From contig CAWCKH010000004.1 in NCBI GenBank assembly GCA_963796055.1, forward strand, positions 3,488,001 to 3,552,000: a DNA stretch of 64,000 bases, given 5' to 3'. This document shows positions 1 to 9,470 of this stretch, one piece after another (positions within the stretch are counted from its first letter, which is position 1; the number at the start of each line of letters is the position of its first letter). This stretch comes from an uncultured delta proteobacterium. GTDB taxonomy: Bacteria > Myxococcota > Myxococcia > Myxococcales > Myxococcaceae. A program made the position numbers and the translations under genes. Below the pieces are notes generated by a model, which was given only the letters and a program-made list of their open reading frames with translations, ran no database searches and was not told the origin of the DNA.

Positions 1-146
1 AGCGCTCCCGAATCGACCAGGTGGTCCAGGACCGAGCGGCCGTCCCGGGCCAGCATTCGCGCCGAGGCGGCGGCCATCACCTGCGCCGGAGTGACGAACC
101 CTGCCTGGGCCGCAAGTACCCCAAGGATGAGATTCCTGTCGTCCAT
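1..146 (-). CDS. 5' end of a gene running off the window; N-terminus resembles that of myxobacterial/planctomycete Ser/Thr protein kinases (partial)
   Basis: ATG at 146 reads MDDRNLILGVLAAQAGFVTPAQVMAAASARMLARDGRSVLDHLVDSGA with no stop to the window edge; co-directional with and downstream of an FHA-domain regulator. The kinase domain itself is not visible. Confidence 0.45.
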   Translation of the reverse strand, partial: MDDRNLILGVLAAQAGFVTPAQVMAAASARMLARDGRSVLDHLVDSGA

Positions 147-243
147 CGGCACGGGCTCAGTGCAGGCGATCGAACGTGATGGCGAGCCAGCTTACCGCCG
201 AGGGGCTGGATCCACACGCCGTCGAGCCGGCCATCGCACGGCC

Positions 244-1656
244 TCACTCCGAGCCGAGGGACCGGACGTCGATGCCGTACCGGGTGACCCAGCGGACGAT
301 CTGCGTTCTGCCCTTGCCGAGCACACGCGCCACGGCGGCCATGTTCCCGCCGTGCTCGCGCAGGAGCGCGACCAGCTCGTCGCGGTGGCGGGACTCGTCC
401 GGCGTCAGCTCCCGGGGTGGCTCCTCGCCGGCCCGGCCGACCACGTCCGAGGGAAGGTGAGCGAGGTCGATCGCTCCGGCCCCGCTGAGGGCCAGGGCTC
501 CGGACAGCGCCTGCTCCAGCTCGCGGACGTTGAGCGGCCAGCGATAATTGAGGAGCGCCTGCGCTGCTGCCGGCGTGAGCCGTACGTCCGGTCGCTCGGG
601 AGCGAGCTTGCGCAGCAGCAGAGAGATGAGGAGCCCCAGGTCCTCCTGCCGGTCCCGCAGCGGCGGCAGCTCGAGGGTGACCCCCTCGAGCCGGGCCAGG
701 AGGTCGTGACGGAACTTGTCCTCTCGCACCAGCCGGTCGAGATCGCGATGGGTGGCGGCGAGGACGCGGAGGTCGAGCGCCTGGGGGCGATGGCCGCCGA
801 TCGGCAGCACCTCCGATTCCTGGAGCACCCGGAGCAGCGCCGCCTGTGCCGCGGGAGGGAGGTCTCCGATCTCGTCCAGGAAGAGAGTGCCTCCATCCGA
901 GGCCCGCACGAGCCCGAGGCGGTCCTGGTCGGCGCCGGAGAAGGCGCCCTTCTTGTGCCCGAAGAGCTCGCCCTCCACCAGGGTGGGAGGGATCCCGCCG
1001 CAGTTGACCGCAACCAGCGGGCCACGGCGGCCGGAAAGCCCGTGGATGGCGCGGGCGAGCACCTCCTTGCCCGTTCCGCTCTCCCCAGCGATCAGCACCG
1101 GCACCCGGCTGGGAGCGACCCTGGTGGCACGCTCCAGGACCAGGCCGAACGCGCGCGAGAACGTCGTCAGTGGCCCGATGCACCCCTCGGCGCCGTCGCA
1201 ATCGCGAACCGCCGGCCCCTCGTTCGGAACGTCCTCGCGGAAGCGCAGGAGCGTGTGTCCAAGCTGGAGGAGCGCGCCGTCGTCGAGCTCGGCCTGCTCC
1301 ACCCGCCGGCCATCGACGAGCGTTCCATTCTTCGAGCCGAGGTCGCGGAGGGTCCACCGTCCCTCGGAGTGGCGAAGCACCACCTGCTCCGAGGACATCC
1401 ACCCGTCCGGAATCTCCACCGCGAGCACACGGGAGGAGACCGCGCGTGTGCTGCGCCGGGGGCCTCGTCCGATGGTGACCTGCTCGAGTCCCGCGAGGCG
1501 CCAGCGTGCAGGGCCGGCCAGGGCGCGCTCGCACTCGAGCTCCAGGAAGAGGTGCGGCCCTCGCGCGACCTCCCGGGATGGGGTCTCGACCTGGGACAGA
1601 GTTTCGCCCTTGCGAGCCACGGGGGCGATTATAGCGGACGCACGTAAGGTCGACAC
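244..1656 (-). CDS. FHA-domain sigma54-dependent enhancer-binding protein (FHA-AAA+-HTH)
   Basis: FHA motifs (TIGRG, DLGSKNGTLVDG); Walker A GESGTGKE; GAFSGA; LFLDEIGD; WPLNVREL; C-terminal Fis-type HTH. Start codon uncertain. Confidence 0.93.
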   Translation of the reverse strand: MSTLRASAIIAPVARKGETLSQVETPSREVARGPHLFLELECERALAGPARWRLAGLEQVTIGRGPRRSTRAVSSRVLAVEIPDGWMSSEQVVLRHSEGRWTLRDLGSKNGTLVDGRRVEQAELDDGALLQLGHTLLRFREDVPNEGPAVRDCDGAEGCIGPLTTFSRAFGLVLERATRVAPSRVPVLIAGESGTGKEVLARAIHGLSGRRGPLVAVNCGGIPPTLVEGELFGHKKGAFSGADQDRLGLVRASDGGTLFLDEIGDLPPAAQAALLRVLQESEVLPIGGHRPQALDLRVLAATHRDLDRLVREDKFRHDLLARLEGVTLELPPLRDRQEDLGLLISLLLRKLAPERPDVRLTPAAAQALLNYRWPLNVRELEQALSGALALSGAGAIDLAHLPSDVVGRAGEEPPRELTPDESRHRDELVALLREHGGNMAAVARVLGKGRTQIVRWVTRYGIDVRSLGSE

Positions 1657-1683
1657 GAGGGTCCCGTCCCTTGCCTTGGTGCA

Positions 1684-2622
1684 TCAGTCGGAGACCCGGA
1701 GGACGAGATGCCCGGGGGCCTTCGGCTCGAGGCCCTCGAGCTTCCGGTGCGCACGGATTGCGTCTCGCAGCGGCATCACCTCCCCGAGCGAGACCGGGAC
1801 TCCACCGCCGTCGATCCACCCGGACAGAACGCGCAGGCGATCCGAGGTGACGTCCACCCGGAACGATCTTGCCGACACGTCCTGGCGCCCGAAGGATGTC
1901 GGTTCGAGGCCTTGCACCGAGGAGACCAGCCGCCCTCCCGGTCGGAGCAGACGGAGCGACGACCCGGCCACCACGCCTCCCGCCGTGTCGAGCACCACAT
2001 CGAACAGCGGAGCCCAGGCTGGAAGAGAGGTGAGCACCAGGCGTGCTCCGAGCCGACGCGCCTCGCCCCCCTCGGCCTCTTGCACCACCGCGACCACCTC
2101 GGCGCCTCGTCGCAGGGCAAGCCGCGTCGTCCACTGACCGACGTTCCCACCCGCGCCGAGCACGAGTATCCGCATCCCTGCCGAGATGCGGGCGAGCTCG
2201 ACCATCTGGAGCGCCGTGCAGGCGACGACCGGCACCGCCGCGGCCTCGATCGAGGTGAGCATCGTGGGTCGGAGACAGATCCTCGCCACATCGGCGAGGG
2301 CCAGCTCGGCGCACGCGCCGGTCAGCTGCGTGTTGGTGACGCCGAAGACCACGTCTCCGACTCCCACCGCGGCCACACCCGGTCCCACCGACTCGACGAC
2401 GCCGGCGAGCTCGCCCCCGAGCACCAGCGGAAGCGCCAGCGCGATCGGGCCCTTTCCGGAGCGGACCTCTGCATCCCATGATCCCACGCCGGCCGCCTGG
2501 ACCCGGAGCCGCACCTGGCCGGTATCGGGCGCCGGCACCGTCGCGGTCTCGATCTGGATGACCTCGGGCGGGCCGAAGCGGCGCACGACGGCTGCGAGAC
2601 CGACGTCGACGGTAGAGATCAT
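1684..2622 (-). CDS. NADP-dependent oxidoreductase (MDR / quinone oxidoreductase family)
   Basis: FGPPEV, LGGELAGVVESVGPGV, GAGGNVG nucleotide-binding motif, AHRKLE near the C-terminus. Confidence 0.88.
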   Translation of the reverse strand: MISTVDVGLAAVVRRFGPPEVIQIETATVPAPDTGQVRLRVQAAGVGSWDAEVRSGKGPIALALPLVLGGELAGVVESVGPGVAAVGVGDVVFGVTNTQLTGACAELALADVARICLRPTMLTSIEAAAVPVVACTALQMVELARISAGMRILVLGAGGNVGQWTTRLALRRGAEVVAVVQEAEGGEARRLGARLVLTSLPAWAPLFDVVLDTAGGVVAGSSLRLLRPGGRLVSSVQGLEPTSFGRQDVSARSFRVDVTSDRLRVLSGWIDGGGVPVSLGEVMPLRDAIRAHRKLEGLEPKAPGHLVLRVSD

Positions 2623-2671
2623 GACTTGCTCCTGACCGAGCCTCGAAGCTCGGGAGTGACCTGCGCCGGTT

Positions 2672-3412
2672 TCAGGTGGCGCACGCGCCGAGGCCCAGGC
2701 CCTGGAGGAGAGCGTCGGTTCGTGCTTGGTGAGTCTGCTCTTCCAGCAGCTCCCTCCCGGGCGTTCGAGCGGCAGCCGCCCTGGGCCGGGTCAGAAGACG
2801 GTTCAGCTCGCTGATCGCGAGGTCCTCGGCCACCTGCGCCAGCTCGTCTCCGAGGATCCGGAGGCCCCGGAACGGGGCTCGCATCCGCAACAGGCGCGGG
2901 AGCACTGCCGGCACTTCGAGCTCCACCGAAGACGCGGTACGGCTGGCTTCGGCGATTGCCCTCCGGGCGATGCTGCTCCAGAGGTCGGCCTTCGCCCATT
3001 CGAACAACGTTCGGGCGTCGAGGCGGAGGTGCTTCAGGGCTGCCGCCGCCACCGCTCTTCCGCCTCGTCGCCGGCCTCGACGCGTGCTCCGCCGCGACAG
3101 CTCCGCGCAGGCGATGCGGCAGGCGAGAAGCTCGACCTTCGACTCCGGGGCTTCGTCCGGACGTCGCTCGAGGGCGTCGATCTCCGTCCGGAAGTTCACC
3201 GGGTCGGGTGCACCGCCCCGTGTCAGCTCCAGGGCGGTGAGGCGGGCGAGTCGCTGGAGCTGTCCGACCAGGAGCCTCGACCTGACCTGTACCTCCTCGG
3301 AGGTCGCCCGGCGGACTCGCTCGCGGAGGTCCTGGAGCACGAGGGCGGCGCGGTCCACCAGCGGAACTGGCGGTTCGACGGGGAGCTGGGTGGCGAGGGC
3401 TGGGCGGTGCAT
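2672..3412 (-). CDS. hypothetical helical protein
   Basis: Protein-like ORF co-directional with neighbours; ATG at 3412 lies just downstream of a sigma54-type promoter; no family recognised. Confidence 0.55.
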   Translation of the reverse strand: MHRPALATQLPVEPPVPLVDRAALVLQDLRERVRRATSEEVQVRSRLLVGQLQRLARLTALELTRGGAPDPVNFRTEIDALERRPDEAPESKVELLACRIACAELSRRSTRRGRRRGGRAVAAAALKHLRLDARTLFEWAKADLWSSIARRAIAEASRTASSVELEVPAVLPRLLRMRAPFRGLRILGDELAQVAEDLAISELNRLLTRPRAAAARTPGRELLEEQTHQARTDALLQGLGLGACAT

Positions 3413-3429
3413 GAGCACCCGCCTGTCTG

Positions 3430-3445
3430 AGCATGCCGTGTGCCA
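3430..3445 (-). promoter_or_regulatory. sigma54 (-24/-12) promoter
   Basis: Minus strand TGGCACACGGCATGCT has GG-N10-GC spacing, 17 nt upstream of the ATG at 3412. Confidence 0.65.
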
Positions 3446-3586
3446 CTCCCCGAGGTGCGTAGAGACGGTGTTCCGCGGCCCAACCGGCCCGCCCGACACA
3501 GCTTCGTCAGCACGCTCGGGGTGTGTCGGGTGTCGGCCCCCCCCGGCGGGGCCCCACCGCTCCGCCCCTGCGCTGGGCCCCTCGTC

Positions 3587-5011
3587 TCATGCCGCGGCGG
3601 TCTGGGCGAACAGGTGCTTCGCCTGGATGCGTTCCGCGACGCTCGGGGGCACCATGGGGATCCACCCGGGGTCCCGCGCCTGGATCCGCTTCAGCACGTC
3701 CGCAGCCCGGATGGCCAAAAGCGCCGGGTCGGACGGCTCGAGCGCCCTCAGGTGATCGAAGCCGAGCACGAATTGCCGCAGGCACTCGGCAGGCTTCGTC
3801 GGTGCCGGGTCGAGGACGGTGATCAGTCTTCCCGTCGCCGTGTCGAGGGTCGGGTAGACGTAGACCTTGACCGAGCGCTTGAAGAGCCGGCCCACGGACT
3901 CCAGAGCGCCGCCGTCGAGTTTCTTGCTGAACTGCTCGTCGAAGAGATCGTTCAGCGTGTCCACGCCCAGGGCGATTCCGATCAGGCGGTCGGTGTAGGC
4001 CGAGAGGTAGTCCGCCAGCTGGTAGAAGGGCCCGAAGCGCGAGACGAGCACGTCGAACCCGAGCGCGTGCAGGATCTCCGCCCGGGCCAGGAAGTCCGCC
4101 GGCCCTGCGAGATCCTGCTCCGGCTGCCGCAGATTGTGCAGTGTCATCTCGGCGAGGACGACCGGCTCCACGCCGCGGACCTCCGGCTCGAGGACGAAGC
4201 GTTCTCTCGCCCGCTCGAGGAGATCCAGCGTCAGACTCGTGGCCGGGCGAAAGCTGCCGCGCTCGACCAGGATTGGCTTCCGGTAGAGCACCTCCGAGGG
4301 CTGCACGACGTCGCCGCTTGCGTTGAACATGGCCGCATCGGTGAGCCGACGCTCGACCAGCTGAAGGCTGACGATCCGGTTGTCTACCCCGACGAAGGCC
4401 GGGCCGGAGACCTTCAACACGTCGATCTCGACCCGCTCACGCGAGAGATCGTCGAGAAGTGACTCGAGTGCCCGGGACAGCTCCTCGCGCCCGAAGAAGG
4501 CGGCGTGGAGGAGATTCACTCCCAGGACTCCCAGCGCCTCCTGTTGCTGGATGGGATCACGATCCAGCAGGTGCACGTGCAGGATGAGGGAGGAGGGTGG
4601 CTGGCGTGGCTCGGCCTGGAAGCGCAGCCCGACCCAGCCGCGCCCGTGTTGGTCGCCTTCTTGCTTCCGGGTGGCGACCGTGTCCGCGAAGGCGAAGAAG
4701 GTGCTTCGATCGCCGCGGATGGAACCGAGGCTGTCGACGAGCTGCTGGAACTCGCGATCGAGCATCGCCTCGAGACGCTGCCGGCTGACGTAGCGCTGCG
4801 TGGGGCCGTAGTGCGAGTCGCTCACCGCCATGTCGTAGGCGGAGATCGACTTCGCGACCGTGCGGGAGGCACCGCCCGCCTGGAAGAACCAGCGCGCGAC
4901 CTCCTGGCCGGCGCCGATCTCGGCGAACGCCCCGAACGTCCTCGGGTCGAGGTTCAGCTCGAGCGCCTTGCGGTGTGTTCGAGATCCGGTGTCGCTGGAG
5001 GGGAGCATCAA
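3587..5011 (-). CDS. CinA-like + nucleotidyltransferase-like (NadD-like) protein of uncertain function
   Basis: N-terminal FAEIGAGQEVARWFFQAGGASRTVAKSISAYD; C-terminal ERGSFRPAT resembling the GSF(N/D)P..H motif of cytidylyl/adenylyltransferases. I recall this family being labelled nicotinate-nucleotide adenylyltransferase or 'TonB-dependent receptor'; there is no signal peptide or beta-barrel here. Confidence 0.65.
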   Translation of the reverse strand: MMLPSSDTGSRTHRKALELNLDPRTFGAFAEIGAGQEVARWFFQAGGASRTVAKSISAYDMAVSDSHYGPTQRYVSRQRLEAMLDREFQQLVDSLGSIRGDRSTFFAFADTVATRKQEGDQHGRGWVGLRFQAEPRQPPSSLILHVHLLDRDPIQQQEALGVLGVNLLHAAFFGREELSRALESLLDDLSRERVEIDVLKVSGPAFVGVDNRIVSLQLVERRLTDAAMFNASGDVVQPSEVLYRKPILVERGSFRPATSLTLDLLERARERFVLEPEVRGVEPVVLAEMTLHNLRQPEQDLAGPADFLARAEILHALGFDVLVSRFGPFYQLADYLSAYTDRLIGIALGVDTLNDLFDEQFSKKLDGGALESVGRLFKRSVKVYVYPTLDTATGRLITVLDPAPTKPAECLRQFVLGFDHLRALEPSDPALLAIRAADVLKRIQARDPGWIPMVPPSVAERIQAKHLFAQTAAA

Positions 5012-5937
5012 TTCGTCCTTTCGACGTGCTCGGGTGTTGCTTGCCCGGAGACCTGGGTGGTGCTCTCGGCCAGGAGCTCGGCGGCGAAACCGCGGATGAG
5101 ATCGAGACAGAGCAGGTCCTCGTCCTCGATCGCCGCGGCCAGCTCCGGCCCGGAGATGACCAGTGCCGAGACCGGGGTGGTCGCGATGGCCCGGAGCAGG
5201 AGCGGCAACCCGGCCACCGCCTGGGGGAGACCGACGACCTCTCCGGCTCGGGCCAGCCGGGCCGAGCCTTTCATCGGCACCAGCCGGAGCGAGCCGTGGG
5301 TGATGACCAGGAGGTCGGCGCTTCTGCTCGAGGGCTCCAGCGTCATTCCGGTCGCCAGGCGCAGGTCCCGGGCCACCCGAGCCAGCCGCGCGACCGCAGC
5401 CATCCCGCCTCCACCGGGACCGAGTAGTTTCCGGAAGACGAGCATCCTGGAAACGAGATCGGTGCTCTCCGGGGCCGGGCCCGGGAGGGCGCGGAAGGTG
5501 GGCCCGCCGATCGGCCGGACGGTCCGGAGCTGCAGGGCGAGCGCGCGAAGGAGATGCCGGCAGAGCTGCCCGTGCTCCTCGAGGACGGTGAGCAGCGCGT
5601 CCCGGTCCACCACCAGCAGCTCGGCTCCGGCAGGTGCGACGAGGTCCCCGGCCAGTTCCGACTGGCCCAGCAGGGCGAGTCCGCCGAGGCGTGCCGGGTT
5701 CCAGTCCGGGGGGCTCTGCGGGCCAGGCGTCGACAGCTCGAGGTGCCCACGGAGCGGAACGTAGAGCGCGCCCGGCAGCTCGCCGGCCTCGACCAGGACC
5801 GTCCGCTTGGGAACGACTTGCTCCCGCCCCGCGAGCGCGAGCAGGGTGAGCTCGGCGGCGGGCAAGATCTGGAAGGGCGCCAGCTGCGTCAACGCAAGCA
5901 GGTGACCCGTCGCTTCCGACTGGTTCGCGTCAATCAT
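5008..5937 (-). CDS. cyclic-nucleotide-binding (cNMP)-domain protein, two degenerate domains
   Basis: LAPFQILPAAEL..LVEAGELPGALYVPLRGHLEL and a second LLVITHGSLRL..AGEVVGL..AIATTPVSALVI; own RBS (GAGGT) and an 8-nt overlap with the upstream gene. Confidence 0.75.
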   Translation of the reverse strand: MIDANQSEATGHLLALTQLAPFQILPAAELTLLALAGREQVVPKRTVLVEAGELPGALYVPLRGHLELSTPGPQSPPDWNPARLGGLALLGQSELAGDLVAPAGAELLVVDRDALLTVLEEHGQLCRHLLRALALQLRTVRPIGGPTFRALPGPAPESTDLVSRMLVFRKLLGPGGGGMAAVARLARVARDLRLATGMTLEPSSRSADLLVITHGSLRLVPMKGSARLARAGEVVGLPQAVAGLPLLLRAIATTPVSALVISGPELAAAIEDEDLLCLDLIRGFAAELLAESTTQVSGQATPEHVERTN

Positions 5938-8614
5938 TCACGACCTCACCGGCGAGGAGGGGCTGGTGGCCGAGCCCGGGAGCGTCGTGCAGCCACCCAC
6001 GGTCCCGGGCCAGCCGGCCGGCGAGCAGCTGGACCGTCTCGCTCCGTTGCTGCAGGAGGGCCGGCAGGAAACCCGCGGGGGACGAGCGGGAACCGAGCAG
6101 CGACCTCGTGTCCACCGGGACCTCGTGCGGGGAACGCAGGGCTTCCATCACCCGGTCGCGCCAGCGCCCCGGGAGCAGCTCGAGGAGCACCTCCCGGGCG
6201 GCCTCGCGCCTCGCGGGACGGCCGGACCTGGTGGCATGGAACGCCTGTTCCAGCCGGCGATCGGGGAAGAGGAGGTCGAGCGTGCGAAACACCCGCTCCA
6301 GGGCGCGGGACTCCTTGTCCTGGAGCAGGTCGAGCAGCAGTCCACCCGCGGGATTTCCATCCCGGGCAATCCCGAGGCGCTCCCCGGTGAGGCGGAGGGT
6401 GCGGTCCCGGCGGGCCGCAGCGAGCTCGATCTCCAGTGCCCGGGCGAGACACTCCGCGTCCAGCGAGAGGTGAGGGTGCGCGTGTCTCAGCTGGTTGAGG
6501 GCACGCAGCGACCGGAACCGGTCGAGCCCGCCCCGCGGCTGCGCGATCCGCCCGAGGAGTGCGGGCGCCGCCTCCGCTGGTGGGAACTCGGCGAGCGCCG
6601 CGGGCAGCTCGCGGGCCAGCGGGAACGGCGTCCGGTCTCCGAGCAGCAGCGTCTCCAGCAGCTCGCGGGCCGGCGTCCCCATCGCCCGCAGTGCCCTCCG
6701 CGCTCCCGGCCGGAGGGTGGGATCGACGAGTAGTCCCACCGTCCGCGACACGAACCTCGTGGGCAGGCCGGTGAAGGCGTCGGCCGCACGGAGCAGCTCC
6801 TGCCGGATCTCCGGGTCACCCGACTGAAACATCCTGAGCGCAACCCGGAGCAGGTCCGGTCGGGGGGCGCTGGCGATGGCCCGGGCGAGCGCGCGGCGCT
6901 CCTCGAGCTCGCCCCGGCGGGCGATGAAGACCAGCGTTCCGCGGAAGAAGCGGTGCTCTCCCGCGAGCGCGACCAGAGCCGCCGCTCGGACCTCCGGCTT
7001 CGGATCGTCGAGGAGCGCGGCGAGCTCGAGCGCAGGCCTGCGGGCCCGGGTCCAGCATTCGGCAACCGCGGCGCGAACCTCCGGAGCGGGATGCCGTAGC
7101 AGCTGCGGGAGCATCGCCTCGGCGTCCGGTCGCCGGAGCGGAGCGAGCACGCGCAGTGCAGCGAGGACCACCGAAGGCTCGGGGTGGTTCAGCACGAGCG
7201 TTGGTACGAGATCGGCCCGTCCGACCCGTGACAGCAGCTCGAGAGAGGTGAGCACCTCGACCGTTCGTGTCGAGCCGAGCGCGGCCACCAGGATCTCCGC
7301 CGAGCCCAGGTCCAGCTGGCCCGGAACGGGGAGCTCCAGCCGTCCCGATCGGAGCTGCGCCTGGAAACGGGCCAAGTATCGGGAGCGGAGCGCGCGTGAG
7401 GCCAGGACCCAGAGGAGCGCGACGGTCGCGAGCAGCGTGGTGACGATCTGCAGCTTGGCTGTCGCTGGAACCCAGCCGGTCACGAGCAGGACGACGGACG
7501 CGGCCGCCTGTCCCCCCCGTTGCCCGACGACGTCGATCGACGGCTTGATGAGCCGCCGTTCCGCGGTGGCCACCGGGATGTACAGCAGCTCGGTGCCGAC
7601 CCGGTGGATGGACGGGCGGACGCCGCCGTCCAGCATCTTGAGGAGGAAGAGAAGCACCATGCTTCCGACCAACGCGAACCCGGCAGTACTGGCGAGCACC
7701 AGGGCGGGGAGCAGTGCCAGGCTGCGGGTGACGCCCGCTCGTCGGAGCAGGACGCGCACCAGGAGGAGCTCCGCGACGAGCGCCAGGAGGCTCTGACCCA
7801 GCTGGACGTTCGCGATCAGCTGCGGGATACGAGCCGGGGCGCTGCCGGCCACGAGCGCGGCCTTGAACAGGTAGTCGAGCAGCGTGGCGCTCGCGGCGGT
7901 CAGCAGCGTGAGCCCTGCCAGCAGCCGGAGATAGGGATCCTCCCGGAGGGCCGCGGGGACCGCCCTGTTGACGGCGGCCGCGGGCTCGGTCGGGGAGCCC
8001 GTGCCGACCTTCGGTACGGCCACGACGGCGAGGAGCATGGCCGCGAATGTGAGGCCGGCGGACGCGGGGAGCAGCAGGACGGGCGCGGAGGTCTGGAGAA
8101 GAAGCCGAGCGCCTGCGCTTCCCGCCACCGCGCCGAGCAGTCCGCCGGCCGCGATGAACCCGAAGGTCCGCTTGGCGTCACCCAGCGCAAAGGCTTCGTC
8201 GGCGGTGAGCCAGAACTGGACGAAGACCAGTGAGGAGAAGAGGGCGGTCCAGACGTAGAAGGCCACGACGGCGCCCCGTTGACCCGTCGCCAGCCAGAAG
8301 ATCAGCGTGATGATCCCTGTGCCGAGGAGCGTGATGGGAAGCGCACCGCGGTGCCCGGTGGACCACAGGAGGCGCTGGAGCGGGGTGAGCGCCACCACCG
8401 TGGCGGTCACTGCGAGGAAGACGAACGGAAGGCGGCTGATCGGTTGCTGGGTCAGGAAGAGGCTGTCGCGCGCCGTCTCCAGCAGCGTGTGGGCAGCGAC
8501 CAGAAAGCAGAGGAGCGCGGCGAACGGCAGGGCCCGCCGGAGGGCGATACCGCCGGTCGTTCCCGGCTCGACCCGGGGCTGGAGCGGCGCGAGGAGGCGA
8601 TCCTTGCCAGACAT
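5930..8614 (-). CDS. NTT/TLC (Npt1/Npt2-like) nucleotide-transporter domain fused to HEAT repeats
   Basis: Multi-TM N-terminal half with LLETARDSLFL, VQFWLTADEAF..DAKRTFGFIAAGGLLG, SIHRVGTELLYIPV..KPSIDV; C-terminal HEAT-like repeats (LLRHPAPEVRAAVA, LLDDPKPEVRAAAL). Confidence 0.82.
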   Translation of the reverse strand: MSGKDRLLAPLQPRVEPGTTGGIALRRALPFAALLCFLVAAHTLLETARDSLFLTQQPISRLPFVFLAVTATVVALTPLQRLLWSTGHRGALPITLLGTGIITLIFWLATGQRGAVVAFYVWTALFSSLVFVQFWLTADEAFALGDAKRTFGFIAAGGLLGAVAGSAGARLLLQTSAPVLLLPASAGLTFAAMLLAVVAVPKVGTGSPTEPAAAVNRAVPAALREDPYLRLLAGLTLLTAASATLLDYLFKAALVAGSAPARIPQLIANVQLGQSLLALVAELLLVRVLLRRAGVTRSLALLPALVLASTAGFALVGSMVLLFLLKMLDGGVRPSIHRVGTELLYIPVATAERRLIKPSIDVVGQRGGQAAASVVLLVTGWVPATAKLQIVTTLLATVALLWVLASRALRSRYLARFQAQLRSGRLELPVPGQLDLGSAEILVAALGSTRTVEVLTSLELLSRVGRADLVPTLVLNHPEPSVVLAALRVLAPLRRPDAEAMLPQLLRHPAPEVRAAVAECWTRARRPALELAALLDDPKPEVRAAALVALAGEHRFFRGTLVFIARRGELEERRALARAIASAPRPDLLRVALRMFQSGDPEIRQELLRAADAFTGLPTRFVSRTVGLLVDPTLRPGARRALRAMGTPARELLETLLLGDRTPFPLARELPAALAEFPPAEAAPALLGRIAQPRGGLDRFRSLRALNQLRHAHPHLSLDAECLARALEIELAAARRDRTLRLTGERLGIARDGNPAGGLLLDLLQDKESRALERVFRTLDLLFPDRRLEQAFHATRSGRPARREAAREVLLELLPGRWRDRVMEALRSPHEVPVDTRSLLGSRSSPAGFLPALLQQRSETVQLLAGRLARDRGWLHDAPGLGHQPLLAGEVVND

Positions 8615-8631
8615 GGAGGCCTGCGGAGCCC

Positions 8632-9256
8632 TCAGGCAGCGGGCCTGACGAGTTCGGTGCGGAGCCGGGATCGCGCTCTCGAGAGACGGACTCGCCGGGC
8701 GAGATTGGTGATCTTCAAGGTCTCTCTCGTCTCCGCGGGGCTGTAGCCCCCCAGCTCGAGAAGAACGACGGACCGTTGGGTGGCAGGAAGCGCCCGCACC
8801 GCGGCGTTCAGCGCGCAGCTCTGCTCCCGGGCGAGCACCACGCGTTCCGCGGTCGCCTCGGTCACAGGCTCCGGGAAGGGCTGGCTCGCGGATGGCGCTG
8901 TCGGCAGGTTCGGCGCGTTCGGCTGCTGGGGGAGGCTGGAGAGCGGGAGGACACGGGACTCCTTCCGTCGGCAGTCTCTTGCTCGATTGATGACGATCCC
9001 CGTCAGCCAGGTCAGGAGACTCGCGCGGCCCTCGAACCGGTCTAAGCGCGTGAGCGCCACGAGCCAGGTGTCCTGGACCGCGTCCTCGGCGAGCGCGCGG
9101 TCGTGCAAGATCTCGAACGCTTGCCGGAGCAGCCGCCCGTGATAGCGCCGGACCAGCTCGGTCTGTGCCGCTCGATCGCCTGCGCGAAGGCGCTCGACGA
9201 GCTGGAGCTCCGGAGCAGCGGTGGAGGGTCTCTGGAAGCGGGGCGACATCGTCATC
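8632..9256 (-). CDS. ECF RNA polymerase sigma factor
   Basis: LVERLRAGDRAA..LVRRYHGRL..AEDAVQDTW..LDRFEGRASLLTWL, LPATQRSVVLL..RLSRARSRLR; ATG at 9256 preceded by AAGGAG (alternative starts 9250, 9297). Confidence 0.88.
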
Positions 9257-9294
9257 TCCTTCGGACTGCAGCGTGCGTCTCTTGAAACCGGATA

Positions 9295-9312
9295 CATCTA
9301 ACTAGTTAGTTA
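9295..9312. promoter_or_regulatory. 18-bp palindromic operator (consensus TAACTAAC-NN-GTTAGTTA) upstream of the ECF operon
   Basis: CATCTAAC-TA-GTTAGTTA; a minus-strand TTGACG(9352-9347)-N17-TACATA lies just upstream. Confidence 0.75.
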
Positions 9313-9470
9313 CAACGAGCTCTTATGTACTGGTCTGGCAGGCCGGCGTCAAGTCCTCCTGCAGAGGGCCTTTTTTCAGCCAGTTACAGGGCCTGGTGGG
9401 GAGCCGGAACCGGTGGGTCCTCGACCAGCGACGTCCGCGGGTGGGGGCGCGCGAGGAGCCGCGCGTACGC

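Noticed and set aside
5930..5937. NTT-HEAT/cNMP split as a frameshifted fusion gene
   Set aside because: The downstream ORF has its own ATG and GAGGT RBS with a normal short overlap; not fully excluded given indel errors elsewhere
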